Below are positions 40,940 to 53,778 of a DNA stretch of 64,000 nt, in pieces. The notes under the pieces are model-generated. The model worked only from the letters and a program-made list of their open reading frames with translations. It did not search any database and was not told the DNA's origin. Made by a program: the position numbers and the translations under genes. The stretch's first letter is position 1; each line of letters opens with the position of its first letter. The DNA comes from Hypanus sabinus (lineage: Eukaryota): NCBI RefSeq assembly GCF_030144855.1, contig NC_082709.1, positions 27,590,001 to 27,654,000 of the forward strand, in the 5' to 3' direction.

Positions 40940-41577
40940 CGTATGTCTAGGGTAGATATGACTTGGGTCCCACCAAACCTGTGAGGTTGGGATGTCTTGC
41001 CCACCCAACCAAAGTTTGTGTGAATACTGTGTGATTTACTGCCCCTTGCAATCGACTGTTGGCAAGAAATAACTGATCGTACACTGCATACATTTATGAA
41101 GAAAGTTTATCTTTGAATGTTAACTTAACCAGAGTTATTAAAGGAAGGGGAGAAAAAACCAAAAGGGCACATTCTAATTAAACAGTCAAATGTGCACAGG
41201 TTGGAGCTCAGATCTTCCAGAATCCAATGTGTCTGATGTACTCAGAGCACCAATTCATATTCACCAATCCTCAATAGAATTCCCCTTCTTGGATTCCATC
41301 CATTGAATCCTACAACCGGTTATCTCAAGCTGCTTCTCTGTCCATCTTCCTCTGCAAAAAGACCTCAACCCACCTCAGTGTCTATCACAAAACCTTTCCC
41401 CTAACATTCTCTGGAAGCTTCTCCCAGTTCCACCTTGCTGAATGGATGACACAACATTTCTAAGCATCACTCTAATGGTAAACCAAACACTACCAGCAGA
41501 ATATACTGCTTCTACCAAAAACTATTACATAAAATACCCTATAACATTAGAAGTAAAATCTTTACCAGAGCATTACG
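40940..41577. mobile_element. Possible degenerate solo LTR
   Basis: GTATGTC...GCATTAC loosely inverted ends and distinct composition; no TSD confirmed. Confidence 0.35.
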
Positions 41578-43989
41578 TAAGTATTTTGGGTTGATATGTT
41601 TCCTCAAAAACTGGGGAAAAAATTGTGAAACGTGTAGAAAAGTGAGTTGGAGGCAACAAAGGCAATGTCTCTGACAATGTGTTAACTGAAAGCATGATGA
41701 AAGCTTGCAGATGGTAGCTAATTTGGCTGGAGTAGGTGTGCTACTGGGCATAAAAAGGAGGGGGAAAATTCTGTCACCAGAAATTTGAACAGGAAGGAGA
41801 ACACTGGGTAAACACAGCCCAGTATATGGAGTTAAAAATAACAAAGTTGCATCAGAATTGGCCAGTATTTTGGAGTGGAGGAAGGGAGACTATAGATGCT
41901 GGAAATCTGCTCCAGATATATTCAATCCTGACCACAACTACAACCCACCCCTGCTCTCCACTAGTATTATAAACACGAGCTCTTTTTTTTCACTGGTCTT
42001 TTGGATAGTTTTGCTTTTGGGAATATGATATACCCAATTGTTTCCATGTTGTTGGTGGATGCCATTTGATACTGTACTGGGTCATTTGTTTAGAGATATT
42101 ATTTCTGGATTGCACGTCTTTAAATAACATAGATGAGGTGTTTTCATACCATACCTCTTGCAATATTTCAATATTGTAATGATTTCTTGATATCACATGA
42201 AATTAATCAATCTGGCTGATGACTGGGATCTGAATACTGAAATGGCTCATTCTCTGAGCAGTCTTGACTAAACATGATTATAAGTTCTTCAGTCTTGTGT
42301 TAGTACTTGCATAATGGGCCCAATCATTAAAGATGAGTATAAACTGAAAGCCTTCTCATTTCATTATCCATTTGTCACCGTTCATGATTGGATGTGACGA
42401 CTATAGAACTTTGATTGATTTATTGGTTGTATAGTCATTGTCTATTGCATGATGTACTTTTTTTCCTGTTTATCTCAAATCCTGTTGAAGTTTCAGCATT
42501 TTGCACTTCGTGTACCTTTATTGCTCCTAGTAGGCATATACCCATTCATTGAATTATGGTGCATTGTATTTTTGCTGCTGTTGCTAACGGTCCACAGTAC
42601 CTCATGACCTGTAGTTTTCATCAGTTAGATCTATCTTAATTGATATTACAACCCAGTCTGTACTCGCGACTCCATTGTTGGCTGTGCACTTAGTTTGCAG
42701 TCTGGATCCCCAGCTTGCATTTTTGAATAACGATTGGGCCGGTTGCTGAACTGGATTTGTGTTTGCACCAGATACTGTATTGTCAGAGTTTGATTTATCC
42801 TGAAATATGATCATACTACTACATTTTGTGGTACTACAAAACTGAATTTTCTGATGTTATTGATACTTTATGAAATTTCAATGTATTGAAGTAACATTTT
42901 AATAAAAGTTTTGAAGTTATAAATTGTATCCATCTTGAACCTATACTGTCTCTATTCAAAGCATTTCATAAGGTTTCTAATGTATTGTCCAACTTTTATT
43001 GGATAAGAAATTATATACAGTGTACAATTGCAGATAACTCATTTAACCTTCAGTTTTTTTCTTGAGCAGAGATATTCTGTAGAGTGTTGTTTTTGTTGTT
43101 TCCTTGACATGATTGGCCTATCTTAATGAATGTTGATAAATTATCATCAGATTCGTACCACTTTTTCTTAATTCCAAAATAGCATGCCATTGTGATTAAA
43201 TAGTTTGCCCAGCTTTAATCCTGATTAATTGTTTCAGAAACCATTCCGTATCCTGTATTGTCTTCATTTCCTTAATTATTTTGTTTTCATTAATTTGTTC
43301 ATTGTTGTTCATCTATTTGGTTTCTGGTTTGACATTGATTGGTCTTTCTGGCTCTTCTTGTCATGCCTCAGCTGCTTGGGTCCTGCAGTTCTTAATACTA
43401 TTCAAAACTTAACTTGTTTTGAAAGACAGCTCTTTGATATCTGTGTCTAAGTTATTTTAGCTTGCACTCTTAATATCTCCCTTCTTTTGTTTGGTTTTGT
43501 GAAGTTAATCCTTTTTATACACTTTGAAAAAAAATTAGTCTTTTTTTAGCATCATATTTCAAAAGTTGATTTGTTTTCCTGTGACTTTCCCCTAAAGTCT
43601 AACTTTTGTATATACACAGCAGTACAGTTAAAACTTACAGGCCACATCTAACTGGTGGAAGTTGATGGTTCCTATCAATGGAGAAGTTCAGGACTTCTTG
43701 TCACATTTACAGTTCTGCTTGATCACTGGATTGTTCCTTAAGTTCAGTGGTGGAGCCCAGTCAGATCTGCTATAAAGTCTGAGACATTTTTGGCCTCAAA
43801 GCTGCTGCTTGCATAGAGGACTCAATCAGATTACTTTTTTTAAAAAAAAGAATGACCTGTTCATAATACATTTTCTGCAGTCTGGAAAGTCCAGGAACAG
43901 CATATTATTTTTACAGTGGAAGGTAAACCTGGCAAATTCAGGGGGCCTTGGCTAAAGTGAAATATTGAAGCTCTGGTTAAGAAGAAACG

Positions 43990-46740
43990 AGGAAGAATTT
44001 CATCGTCCTTAGGTTGCACCTGGAATTTCCAGTTGGACGATTTCCTTCCACGCTGCTCTGTCCCGACACTTGTCCACAACATCCCTAGTCTTGTCCAGCT
44101 TGGTCCAATCCTTGATGTTATCCAGCCATGTTGGTCTTTGCCTTTCTGTTCCCTTCTTTCCCTCCACCTTTCCATATAGCAAGTCTGACAAGATGTTATC
44201 TCTCTGCATAATGTGTCCACAATAAGCAACTTTTAACTTCATAATCTTCTCCAGCAATATCTGTGGTCTGTCAGCTTTAGACAAAACCCACTCATTTGAA
44301 ACTTTCTCTACCCAGCTGATCTTCAACATTTGTCGATTGCACCACATTTCAAAAGCATTAATTCGTTTCATGTCATCTGTCTTCAGGGTCCATGTTTCTG
44401 ATCCATACCTCAGTACTGAAAATAAATAACACTTGAGGAAGTGGATTCTACCTTACAATTGCATAGTAGATCTTTCAGCTTCATGAACTGGGTCTTAGCC
44501 ATACCTGTTCTCCTTCTGATCTCAACTTCACATCTCCTGTCAGACAACTGCCAAGATATTCAGACCTTCGCACCTGTTCAATGTCTTGTCCATTCATTTG
44601 TAACAATACTATCATGAATGAGTCTTTAGTGTTTGTTTTGCTTACAACCATCGATTTTGTTTTCTTGGGGTAGATTTTAAGTCCGTAGTCAAGGCGTTTC
44701 TCATTCACTTTATTCAGCATAATTTGCAGTTCACATTCGCTGTCAGCTAACAACGCGGCATCATCCACATACCTGATGTTATCCACCTTCCGGCCTCCGA
44801 TTGGAATACCTGTCTCCTGATGGTCACATTCCCAAAAAATCCATTCTCCGTAGAGGTTGAACAACTCCAGCGATCCAACACGGCCTTGCCTTACGCCTCG
44901 TTTAATACATGCCCATGGTGATAGCTCATTTCCTACCCTGACCGCCGCTTTCTATTTCCAATGCAAGTTCCTTATTATCTACACATTCTCCCATCCCAGA
45001 TCGAACTTGTTCAGCACCTCTATTACTTGCTCATGTCTTACTTTATCAAAAGCCCTTTTTCATAGTCAGTAAATCATAAGTAGATGGTCTTTTGTGTCTC
45101 AATGCATCTCTCCATGGTGTTTCTCATTGCAATATTCCTTCCCTTGTTCCTGAACCTTTATGATGTTACGAACCCCGTAACTGGGTTACTTACCAGCAAA
45201 GATAGAGAGGTCTGTTGAACTCTGATGATACATTCCAAAACCTTGTGGATTCTGCATGTCTCTGTCTCTCACTTCCTAGGTCCCAGACCCGAATTAATAG
45301 CGATCTTGCGATTCTCAAAAAGGAGGGGGCTACTTTGTACCCTTCGGCCCCTCAGAGTTGTGGCACATTCGTAACAATGAAAACCAAACTGCATTTCTCC
45401 AATTTCATCGCTGATTGTACCTTTCATTCTGCCAAACACTATTTTCAACAGTGGCTTGACGCAATGAGAAATTATGCTTAGTGTCCTGTGTTCATTACAT
45501 TTTGTTGTCCTTGGCTTTTTTTTTGGTAAGTAGATAAATACTGATTTGAGAAAGTCCTCCAGAAGATTTCCTGTCATATAACTGTTGCTTAATATCGCTA
45601 AAAGGTTCATTTTTCCCTTCAGATAAAGTGATTTCAGAATTTCAGTGGAAATCTTATCTTCACCGGCCGCCTTTCTAACTTTTAGACTCCAAGTTGCACT
45701 TTCCATCTCTGACATCAATATTTTAGTTTGATTAATCATTTGATTTAATTCTGGTAAATCCTCAATCCTGCAATCTTCAAATAATTCCGAGATGTACACA
45801 ACCCATCTGTCCATGATCTCTTCTTTTTCATAGCATGGATTAGCATTACTGTCTTCGGCACGGTCCACTTTAATTTTGTCATATCCTTTACCTTTTGGTG
45901 AAGGCCTCTATAATCATAACTTTGTACATACTGCTCAATTTCTTCGCACTGTTCATTCATCCAATTCTCTTTCGCTTCCTTGCATTTTCTTTGAATCAAG
46001 CGGTGTAGGGCTTTTTATTGTTTATTTATCCCGATGTTTTACCTTTCAACTTTCTTCTTTCTTTAGTTAACTTTCTCAACTCATCAGTGAACCAAGGGTT
46101 ATGTCTTTTGCTCTTCTTCCAAAAACCCAAAGTTTTTTCCGCAACTTCTGTCACTGTTGTTTTAAACACTTCCCAGATGTTCTCCACTGCCATGTTGCTA
46201 CCCTCGTCATCTAAGACTGAAAATCTATTCTCCGTTTCGACCAAATATTCAATCTTTTTTGCTTCATCTGTAATGAGTAAATCAAAGACTTCTTATTTGA
46301 TGTTTGGCCTTTCTCATCTTCTTCAAACACACACTCACGTCCAATACCACAGGTTTCTGATCTGTATAACAGTCAGCACGAGGGTATGTTTTCACCTGCT
46401 TCACTCCATTCCTGAACCGATTGGGTACTAAAATATAGTCAATTTGGTTTTTTACTGAACCATCAGGACTGGTCCACGTGTACAGTCTCCATTTTGGCAG
46501 AATTTTACCAGAAGTCATTAATTTGTTAATTTTTGCAAATTCAACCAGTCTTTCTCCACAGTTCTTTCTGTCCTCAAGCCCGAAGGGTCCTACAGTCAAA
46601 ACTTCTCTTGCGCTGCCAACTTTGGCATCAAAATCAGTATGAATCACAGTTACTTCGTTGTTTTTAGTCTTTTTCATTAGTTTTTCAACTTCTCTGTAGA
46701 CCATATCAACTTCATTGCCATAGTCCATGGTTGGCATAGG
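43990..46740 (-). mobile_element. RTE-clade non-LTR retrotransposon, near full length, multiply frameshifted
   Basis: APE endonuclease (DFDAKVG, YTWTSPDG..KNQIDYILV), RT (KAAGED, RTLSIISH, FNLYGEWIF, NIRYVDDAALLA) and RTE C-terminus (RINAFEMWCNRQMLKISW, LYGKVEGKK...WLDNIKDW). Confidence 0.88.
45164..45376. mobile_element. Short solo-LTR-like insert (213 bp) with 4-bp TSD in the RTE RT region
   Basis: TGTTACGAA...TTCGTAACA termini; TSD ATGA at 45160-45163 and 45377-45380. Confidence 0.75.
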
Positions 46741-46789
46741 AATGGTTTCTGAGGCCGAGAACAGTGAATCTCTTGATATCTATACTGTA

Positions 46790-47435
46790 AAAAGATTATT
46801 GGTTTATCTTGTAACATGCTGAGATACAGTGAAAAGCTTGTCTTGCATACTATTCATACAGATCAAATCATTACACAGTGCATTGAGGTTGAACAAAGTG
46901 GGAAACTAAACAATGGAGAATAACATGCACTGTCCTTTCACAGATAAACAAGGTACAGGATCATAACGACATAGACTGAGGTGAAGAGTCCAGTTTATTG
47001 TACAAAGAGCCATTCAGTTGTCTTACAAGACTGGGGTAAAAGTCTTCCTTTAGCCTAGTGGTACATGCTTTCAGGCTTTTGCATCTTCTGCCCAATGAAA
47101 GAGGGTAGAAGAGAGAATGTCTGGGGTAGATGGGGGCCTTTGACTATGCTGCTGTTTACTGAGGCATCGACAAGTAGAGACAGAGTCTGTAGAGGGGAAA
47201 CTGATTAATGTGATGTGCTGAGCTGTCCACACCCTCTGTAGTTTCTTGCAGTTATATGCAGAGCAGTTGCTATACCAAGCTGTTATGCTTCCAGATAGGA
47301 TGTATTACATCAATTATAATTTGTAAACATTAATGGGGACATACCAAATTTCCTTGTCCTCCTGAGGAAGTATTAGTGTCTACATGGTTAAACCAGGACA
47401 GACTATTGGTAATATTCATTCATAACCTTGAAGCT
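46790..47435 (-). mobile_element. Decayed Rex1/Babar 3' fragment
   Basis: Similarity to the 3' regions of the other Rex copies (GCTTTCAGGCTTTTGCATCTTCTGCCC...). Confidence 0.6.
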
Positions 47436-48421
47436 CCCCTCAAGCAGGTTGTGAAGATCCCTCTGATCCTCCACACTGCCAAGAGTCTTACCATTAGTAC
47501 TATATTCTGCCATCATATTTGACCTACCAAAATGAACCACCTCACACTTATCTGGGTTGAACTCCATCTGCCACTTATCAGCCTAGTTTTGCATACTATC
47601 GATGTCTCCCTGTAACCTTTGAAGGTCCTTCACACTATCCACAAAACCCTGATCTTTGTGTCATCAGCCAATTTACTAACCTATCCCCCCACTTCATCAA
47701 CCAGGTCACTTATAAAAATCACGAAGAGAAGGGATCCCAGAACAGATCCCTGAGGCACACCACTGGTCACCGACCTCCGTGTAGAATATGACCTGTCTAA
47801 ACCACTCTTTGCCTTCTGTGGGCAAGCCAGTTCTGGATCCACAAAGCAAGGTCCCCTTGGATCCCATGCCTCCTTACTTTCTCAATAAGCCTTGCATGGG
47901 GAACCTTACCAAATACCTTGCTGAAATCCATATACACTACATCTACAGCTCTACCCTCATCAAGTGTTTAGTCACATCCTCAGAAAATTCAATCAGTCTT
48001 GTAAGGCACGACCTGCTTTTGACAAAGCCATGCTGACTATTCCTAATCATATTATGCCTCTCCAAATGTTTATAAATCTTGCCTCTCAGGATCTTCTCCA
48101 TCAACTTACCAACCACTGAAATAAGACACTCTGGTCTGTAATTTCCTGGGCTACCTCTACTCCCTTTCTGAATAAGGGAACAACATCTGCAACCTTCCAA
48201 TCCTCCGGAACTTCTCCTGCCCCCATTGCAGATGCAGAGATCATCACCAGAGGATCAGCAATCTCCTCCCTTGCTTCCCACAGCAGCCTGGGGTATATCT
48301 TGTCCAGTCCCGGTGACTTATCCAAATTTGAGGAAATCTGCAGATGCTGGAAATTCAAGCAACACACACAAAATGCTGGTGGAACACAACAGTGCAGGCA
48401 GCATCTATAGGGCGAAGCACT

Positions 48422-48455
48422 GTCGATGTTTCGGGCCGAGACCCTTCGTCAGGAC
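48422..48455 (-). ncRNA. Minimal type I hammerhead ribozyme motif (Penelope pLTR)
   Basis: Minus strand GTC-CTGACGA-AGGGTCTCGGCCC-GAAA-CATC-GAC: conserved core, stem II GGGT/GCCC, stem I GTC/GAC. Confidence 0.6.
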
Positions 48456-48520
48456 CCTTTTCATAATTTTTAATTTGAAATTTTTCATAACTCCTTATGG
48501 ATACATATTTTGTCATGTAC

Positions 48521-48555
48521 GTCCTGACGAAGGGTCTTGGCCCAAAACGTTGGCA
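48521..48555 (+). ncRNA. Degenerate minimal hammerhead motif
   Basis: GTC-CTGACGA-AGGGTCTTGGCCC-AAAA-CGTT-GGC; GAAA core mutated to AAAA, ACGT palindrome kept. Confidence 0.45.
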
Positions 48556-50034
48556 GTGCTTCTCCCTATAGATGCTGCTTGGCCTGCTGTGTTCCATCAA
48601 CATTTTGTGTGTGTGACTTATCCAACTTGATGCTTTCCAAAAGCTCCAGGACGTCCTCTTTCGTAACGCTTATATGCTCAAGCTATTCAGTCCACTGTAA
48701 ATCAGCCTTACATTCACCAAGGTCCTTTTCCGTAATGAATACGGAAGCAAAGTGTTCATTAACTACCTCCGTTATCTCTTCTGGTTCCAAACACACTTTC
48801 CCACTGTCACACTTAATTGGTCCTATTCTCTCACATCTTGTCCTCTTGCTCTTCACATACTTGAATGGCTTGGCCAGCAGGATTAAGGAGAACCCCAAGG
48901 CCTTCTCATGGCCCCTTCTGGCTCTCTTAATTTCATTGTTAAGCTCCTTCCTGCTAGCTTTATAATTTTCTAAATCTCTATCAATATCTAGTTTTTTGAA
49001 CCTTTCGTAAGCTTTTCTTCTTGACTAGATTTTCAACAGCTTTTGTACACCACTGTTCCTGTACCCTACCATCCTTTCCCAGTCTCATTGGAATGTACCT
49101 ATGTAGATTACCACACACATATCCCCTGAGCATTTGCAACATTTCCTTGAGGACATCTGTTCTCAATATATACTTCCAAGTTCCTGCCTGATAGCTCCAT
49201 ATTTCCCCTTACTCCAATTAAACACTTTCCTAACTTGTCTGTTCCTATCCCTCTCCAATGATTACTATCTCCAAAATGCTCTTCCACTGAGAGACCTGAC
49301 ACCTGACCAGGTTCACTTCCCAATGCCAGATCAAGTACAGCCTCTCCTCTTGTAGGCTTATCTGGATATTATGTCAGGAAACCTTCCTGAACACATCTAA
49401 CAAACTGTATCGCATCTAAACCCCTTGCTCTAGGAAGATGCCAATCAATATTGGGGATTAAAATCTCCCACCACGGCGACCCTGATATTATTACACCTTT
49501 CCGGAATCTGTTTCCCTATCTGCTCCTCGATGTCCCTGTTACTATTGGGACGTCTATATAAAAAAAACCTAGTAGAGTTATTGATCCCCTCCTGTTCCTA
49601 ACTTCCACCCACAGAGACTCAGTAGACAATCCCTCCATGACTTCCTCCTTTTCTGCAGCTGTGACACTATCTCTGATCAGCAGTGCCATGCTGCCACTTC
49701 TTTTACCTCCTTCCCTGTCCTATCTGAAATATCTAAAGCCTGGCACCCTAAGTAACCATTTCTGCCCTTGACCCATCCAAGTCTCTGTAATGGTCACAAT
49801 ATCATAGCTCTAAGTACTGGTCCACACTCTAAGCTCATCTGCTTTGTTCATGATGCTTTTTGTATTAAAACAGACGCATCTCAAACCATCAGTCTGAGTG
49901 CATCCCTTCTCTATCTATCACCTGCTTATTCTCCCTCTCACACTCCCTACAAGCTTTCTCTATTTGTGAGCCAACCATCCCTTCCTCTGTCTCTTTCGTT
50001 TGGTTCCCACCCCTCGGCAAATTCTAGTATAGCT

Positions 50035-50480
50035 AGGCTGATTGGAGCCAGTGATGTTCTTCGTGTCTCTCTACACCTCCTGTGTGCTACTCTGCCCAAG
50101 CTGGTTCTCCAGCTCTCTCCTGTATTCCTCTTTAGCCATCTTGATCTTCTCCGTTAGCTCCCTCTGTACATATTTCAATTCCTCCCTTTCTCCTGATCTA
50201 AAGGCTGTCTTATTGTGGTTGAGAAAAGCCTTTAGATCACTGGTGATACATGGCTTGTTGTTGGGGAAGCAATGAATAGCCCTTGACAGTATTCCAGTGT
50301 CCACCCAGAAGTTGATGTAGCCTGTATGCAGTCAGTAAGTCTGTTACTGACCTCCCTATATGGTTCAAAAAGCACATTCCAATCAGTAACCTCAAAGCAG
50401 CCTTCAAGTCCACGATGGCCTTTGGAGACCATTTCTTTATTATCTACAGCTGCTGCTGTACTTTGCACTTATACAAGGTA
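50035..50480 (-). mobile_element. Rex1/Babar fragment
   Basis: LEGCFEVTDWNVL, CFPNNKPCITSDLKAFLN. Confidence 0.75.
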
Positions 50481-50569
50481 TGAGGTAAAGCAGGATATAC
50501 TAGTCTGATGAAGACAGGATAGACAGTCTGATGAAGGGAATGCCTTTATTTGGGTGGTGGGACATTGTG

Positions 50570-51640
50570 TTTGACAAACTTGAATTTTTTTAAAAAGAGG
50601 TAACCAAAAAGGTAGGTAAGAGTAGGGCAATGGATGTTGTTTATTTGAACTTTAGCAAGGCCTTCAACAAGATCCCACATGGTCAGGTCAGCTGGTCTGA
50701 AAAGTTAAGTCCTCTGGAGTCTGGGAAGAGCTGGTTAAGTAGATTCAAAATTGGCTTGGAGGTGGGAAGCGGAGGGTGTTGTTTGAAGGAGTGAAAGCTA
50801 ATGGTGTGCTGCAGATGTCCTTTGTAATTTGTTATTAATATAAAATGATATGCATATGAACACACCAAGCTTTATCAGTAGGTTTACAGATGACACAATA
50901 TAGGTATTGTTCATAGTGAGGAAAGTTATTGTGGATTACAGAGGGATTTTGATGAGTTATGGAACTAGGCTTGGATTGGCAAATGGATTTCAGTGCAGAG
51001 AAGCGAGAAGTGATGCATTTTGAAAAATCAGATCAGTGTAAGGCACTGGGAATTTAGGAACAGAGGAACTTAGTACAAGTGCATGGTTGAAAGTAGCATC
51101 AGAAATAGGGTGGTGAAAAAGGTGTTTAGCATGTTAGCCTTTATCAGTAACAGCATTGAGAACAGGAGTTGGGACACCATGTTGCAAATAAACCGGTCGT
51201 TGGTGAGGCCACACTTGGAGTTCTGTGTTATAGGGAGGGGTTAGCCAGGCTAAGTCTTATTCCTTAGAATGTAATAGAATGAGGGGTAACCTTACGGAAG
51301 TGTTTAAAGTCATGAGAGGCATAGATAAGGTGGAGAGTAACAGTTTTCCCCAAGAATGTGAGTGTCCAGAACTAGGAGTTTAAAATTGGTGTGAGGGGGT
51401 AAGATTTAAAAAGAACTTGATGGGCAACATTTTCACACAGAGGGTAGTGGGTATATGCAGTGAGCTGCCAGTGAGGTGGTTCAGGCAGAAACAGTAATAT
51501 CAGTTAATCACCTGGATAGGTACATGCAGGGGCAGGACTTCAAGGGATACAGTCCAAATGAAAGAAATTGGGATGAAATGGTGGATATTATGGTCAGCAT
51601 AGACTTATGGGCTGAATGGTCTGTATCTGTGCTGTATTAC
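50570..51640 (+). mobile_element. Old CR1 LINE 3' half
   Basis: Decayed GATGTTGTTTATTTGAACTTTAGCAAGGCCTT (D.VY.DFSKAF) through the 3' tail. Confidence 0.7.
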
Positions 51641-51999
51641 CGACTCTAAATTTAAAATGTGTAGTGATTCCCTTCCCACCTCCTGTGTATATTTTATATA
51701 CGTCAAAGATACATTTCACATGCAGGAATGCAGTTTCCTTTGGAATCTAATCCACTGGAGGTTCATTGAAGGGATTTTGTTGAATTTTTTCATAACTCCT
51801 TATGGATACATATTTTGTCATGTATGTCTCTTAAGTTCAAATCTCTGAAATTAATAGAGCATTGGAAGACTGCAAGCATGGGACCAGCAAAAAAAGTTTA
51901 ATTTAATACAAACACGAGGAAATCTGCAGATGCTGGAAATTCAAAGAACAACACAAACAAAATGCTGGTGGAACACAACAGGCCAGGCAGCATATATAG

Positions 52000-52743
52000 C
52001 AGTGGTTCCCAACCTTTTTTTGGCCATGCCCCACCTAATCACCTCTAAAATCCTGATGCCCCCTGTGGTGATATATAATTCTTATTATTCAAAAAGTGAA
52101 CTCCTATTCACCTGGAGGAAGCCTAAAAGACCATTAACTTGGTTTAAACAAGCTTCCAAAGAACATGGCATTCATGAAAGAGAAAAATAAAAGAACCAAA
52201 GGACTGTTAAAGTTCTGAGGAAGAAATTACTAAGATATTGTAAAAAAAAAGAACATTAAGTGATATAATAATAATAATAATAAATAAATAAAACAATGCT
52301 GATTCGTTTCTACAGCATACGAAGACAGATACACCGTTTAAAAGAGATGACACAATGTACACATCTTCACACCACCAAGAACCGAAAGCTACTGCAAAAA
52401 GCAGCATTGGCACAACCTCGTACGAGTTTCTTACGCGTTTGGACTTGTTCATTCGTTCCTTCCTACATCAGTCAATTCATTAATTTAATTATGAAAGCCA
52501 TTTGATGGTTGTAATGATGGTGATACACTATATATACAGTACATATGCAATTACACATGTACATACACACGTATTTTTATGTATGCATACTGTATGTACA
52601 CATATGTATTAACTCGCACACGCACTCATACTCACACAGACTTACTAGAAAAAATTCACTGTTAATAACTCATTCTCTAAATGCCCCCCCTTAAAAATCA
52701 AATTACCCCCCTGTGGGGCATACTCCCCACATATAAACCACTG
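52000..52743. mobile_element. Non-autonomous hAT-type element nested in the Penelope left arm
   Basis: CAGTGGTT...AACCACTG termini; 8-bp TSD ATATATAG/ATCTATAG (51992-51999, 52744-52751). Confidence 0.75.
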
Positions 52744-52762
52744 ATCTATAGGGAGAAGCGCT

Positions 52763-52797
52763 GTCGATGTTTCGGGCCGAGACCCTTCGTCAGGACT
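52763..52797 (-). ncRNA. Minimal hammerhead ribozyme motif (Penelope pLTR)
   Basis: Minus strand AGTC-CTGACGA-AGGGTCTCGGCCC-GAAA-CATC-GAC. Confidence 0.6.
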
Positions 52798-53745
52798 AAC
52801 TGAAAGGAAAGATAGTAAGAGATTTGAAAGTAGTGGGGGGAGGGGGAAATGCGAAATGATAGGAGAAGTCCGGAGGAGGTGGGATGAAGCTAAGAGCCAG
52901 AAGGTGATTGGCAAAAGTGGTACAGAGCTGGAGAAGGGAAAGGATCATGGGATGGGAGGCCTAGGGAGAAAGAAAGGGGAGGGGGGAAGCACCAGAGGGA
53001 GATGGAGAACAGGCAAACAACTAAATATGTCAGGGATGGGGTAAGAAGGGGAGGAGGGGCATTAACAGAAGTTAGAGAAGTCAATGTTCATGCCTTCAGG
53101 TTGGAGGCTACCCAGCCGGTATATAAGGTGTTGTTCCTCCAACCTGAGTGTGGCTTCACCTTGACAGTAGAGGAGGCCATGGATAGACATATCAGAATGG
53201 GAATGGGACGTGGAATTAAAATTCAACTCTGCTCTCAAATGCATCTCTCCCATTTCCCGCACATCTGCCCTTACCCTATCCACCCGCCACCCCACTCGGG
53301 ATAGGGTTCCCCTTGTCCTTACCTACCACCCCACCAGCCTCCAGGTCCAACATATAATTCTCCGTAACTTCCCCCACCTCCAACAGGATCCCACGACCAA
53401 ACACATTTTTCCCTCCTCCCCCTTTCTGCTTTTTGCAGGGATCGCTCCCTACGCGACTCCCTTGTCCACTCGTCCCCCCCATCCCTTGCCACCGATCTCC
53501 CTCCTGGCACTTATCCTTGTAAACGGAACAAGTGCTACACCTGCCCTTACACTTCCTCCCTCACCACCATTCAGGGCCCCAGACAGTCCTTCCAGGTGAG
53601 GCGACACTTCACCTGTGAGTCGGCTGGTGTGGTATACTGCGTCCGGTGCTCCCGGTGTGGCCTTTTATATATCAGTGAGACCCGACGCAGACTGGGACCG
53701 TTTCGCTGAACACCTACGCTCGGTCCGCCAGAGAAAGCAGGATCT

Positions 53746-53778
53746 CCCTGATGAAGGGTCTCGGCCCGAAACATCGAC
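53746..53778 (+). ncRNA. Hammerhead core motif, stem I 5' strand lost at the junction
   Basis: CC-CTGATGA-AGGGTCTCGGCCC-GAAA-CATC-GAC. Confidence 0.5.

Larger units (their letters stand above)
48326..48612. mobile_element. Penelope-derived palindromic element with 13-bp TSD and a captured spacer
   Basis: TSD GTGACTTATCCAA at 48313-48325 and 48613-48625; two inverted arms each bearing CTGACGA...AAAC. Confidence 0.88.
47450..50030 (-). mobile_element. Long CR1 LINE fragment (endonuclease to RT)
   Basis: DKSPGLDKIYPRLLWEAREEIA, VPEDWKVADVVPLF, PGNYRP..LISVVGKLMEKI, QHGFVKSRSCLTRLIEF. Confidence 0.88.
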
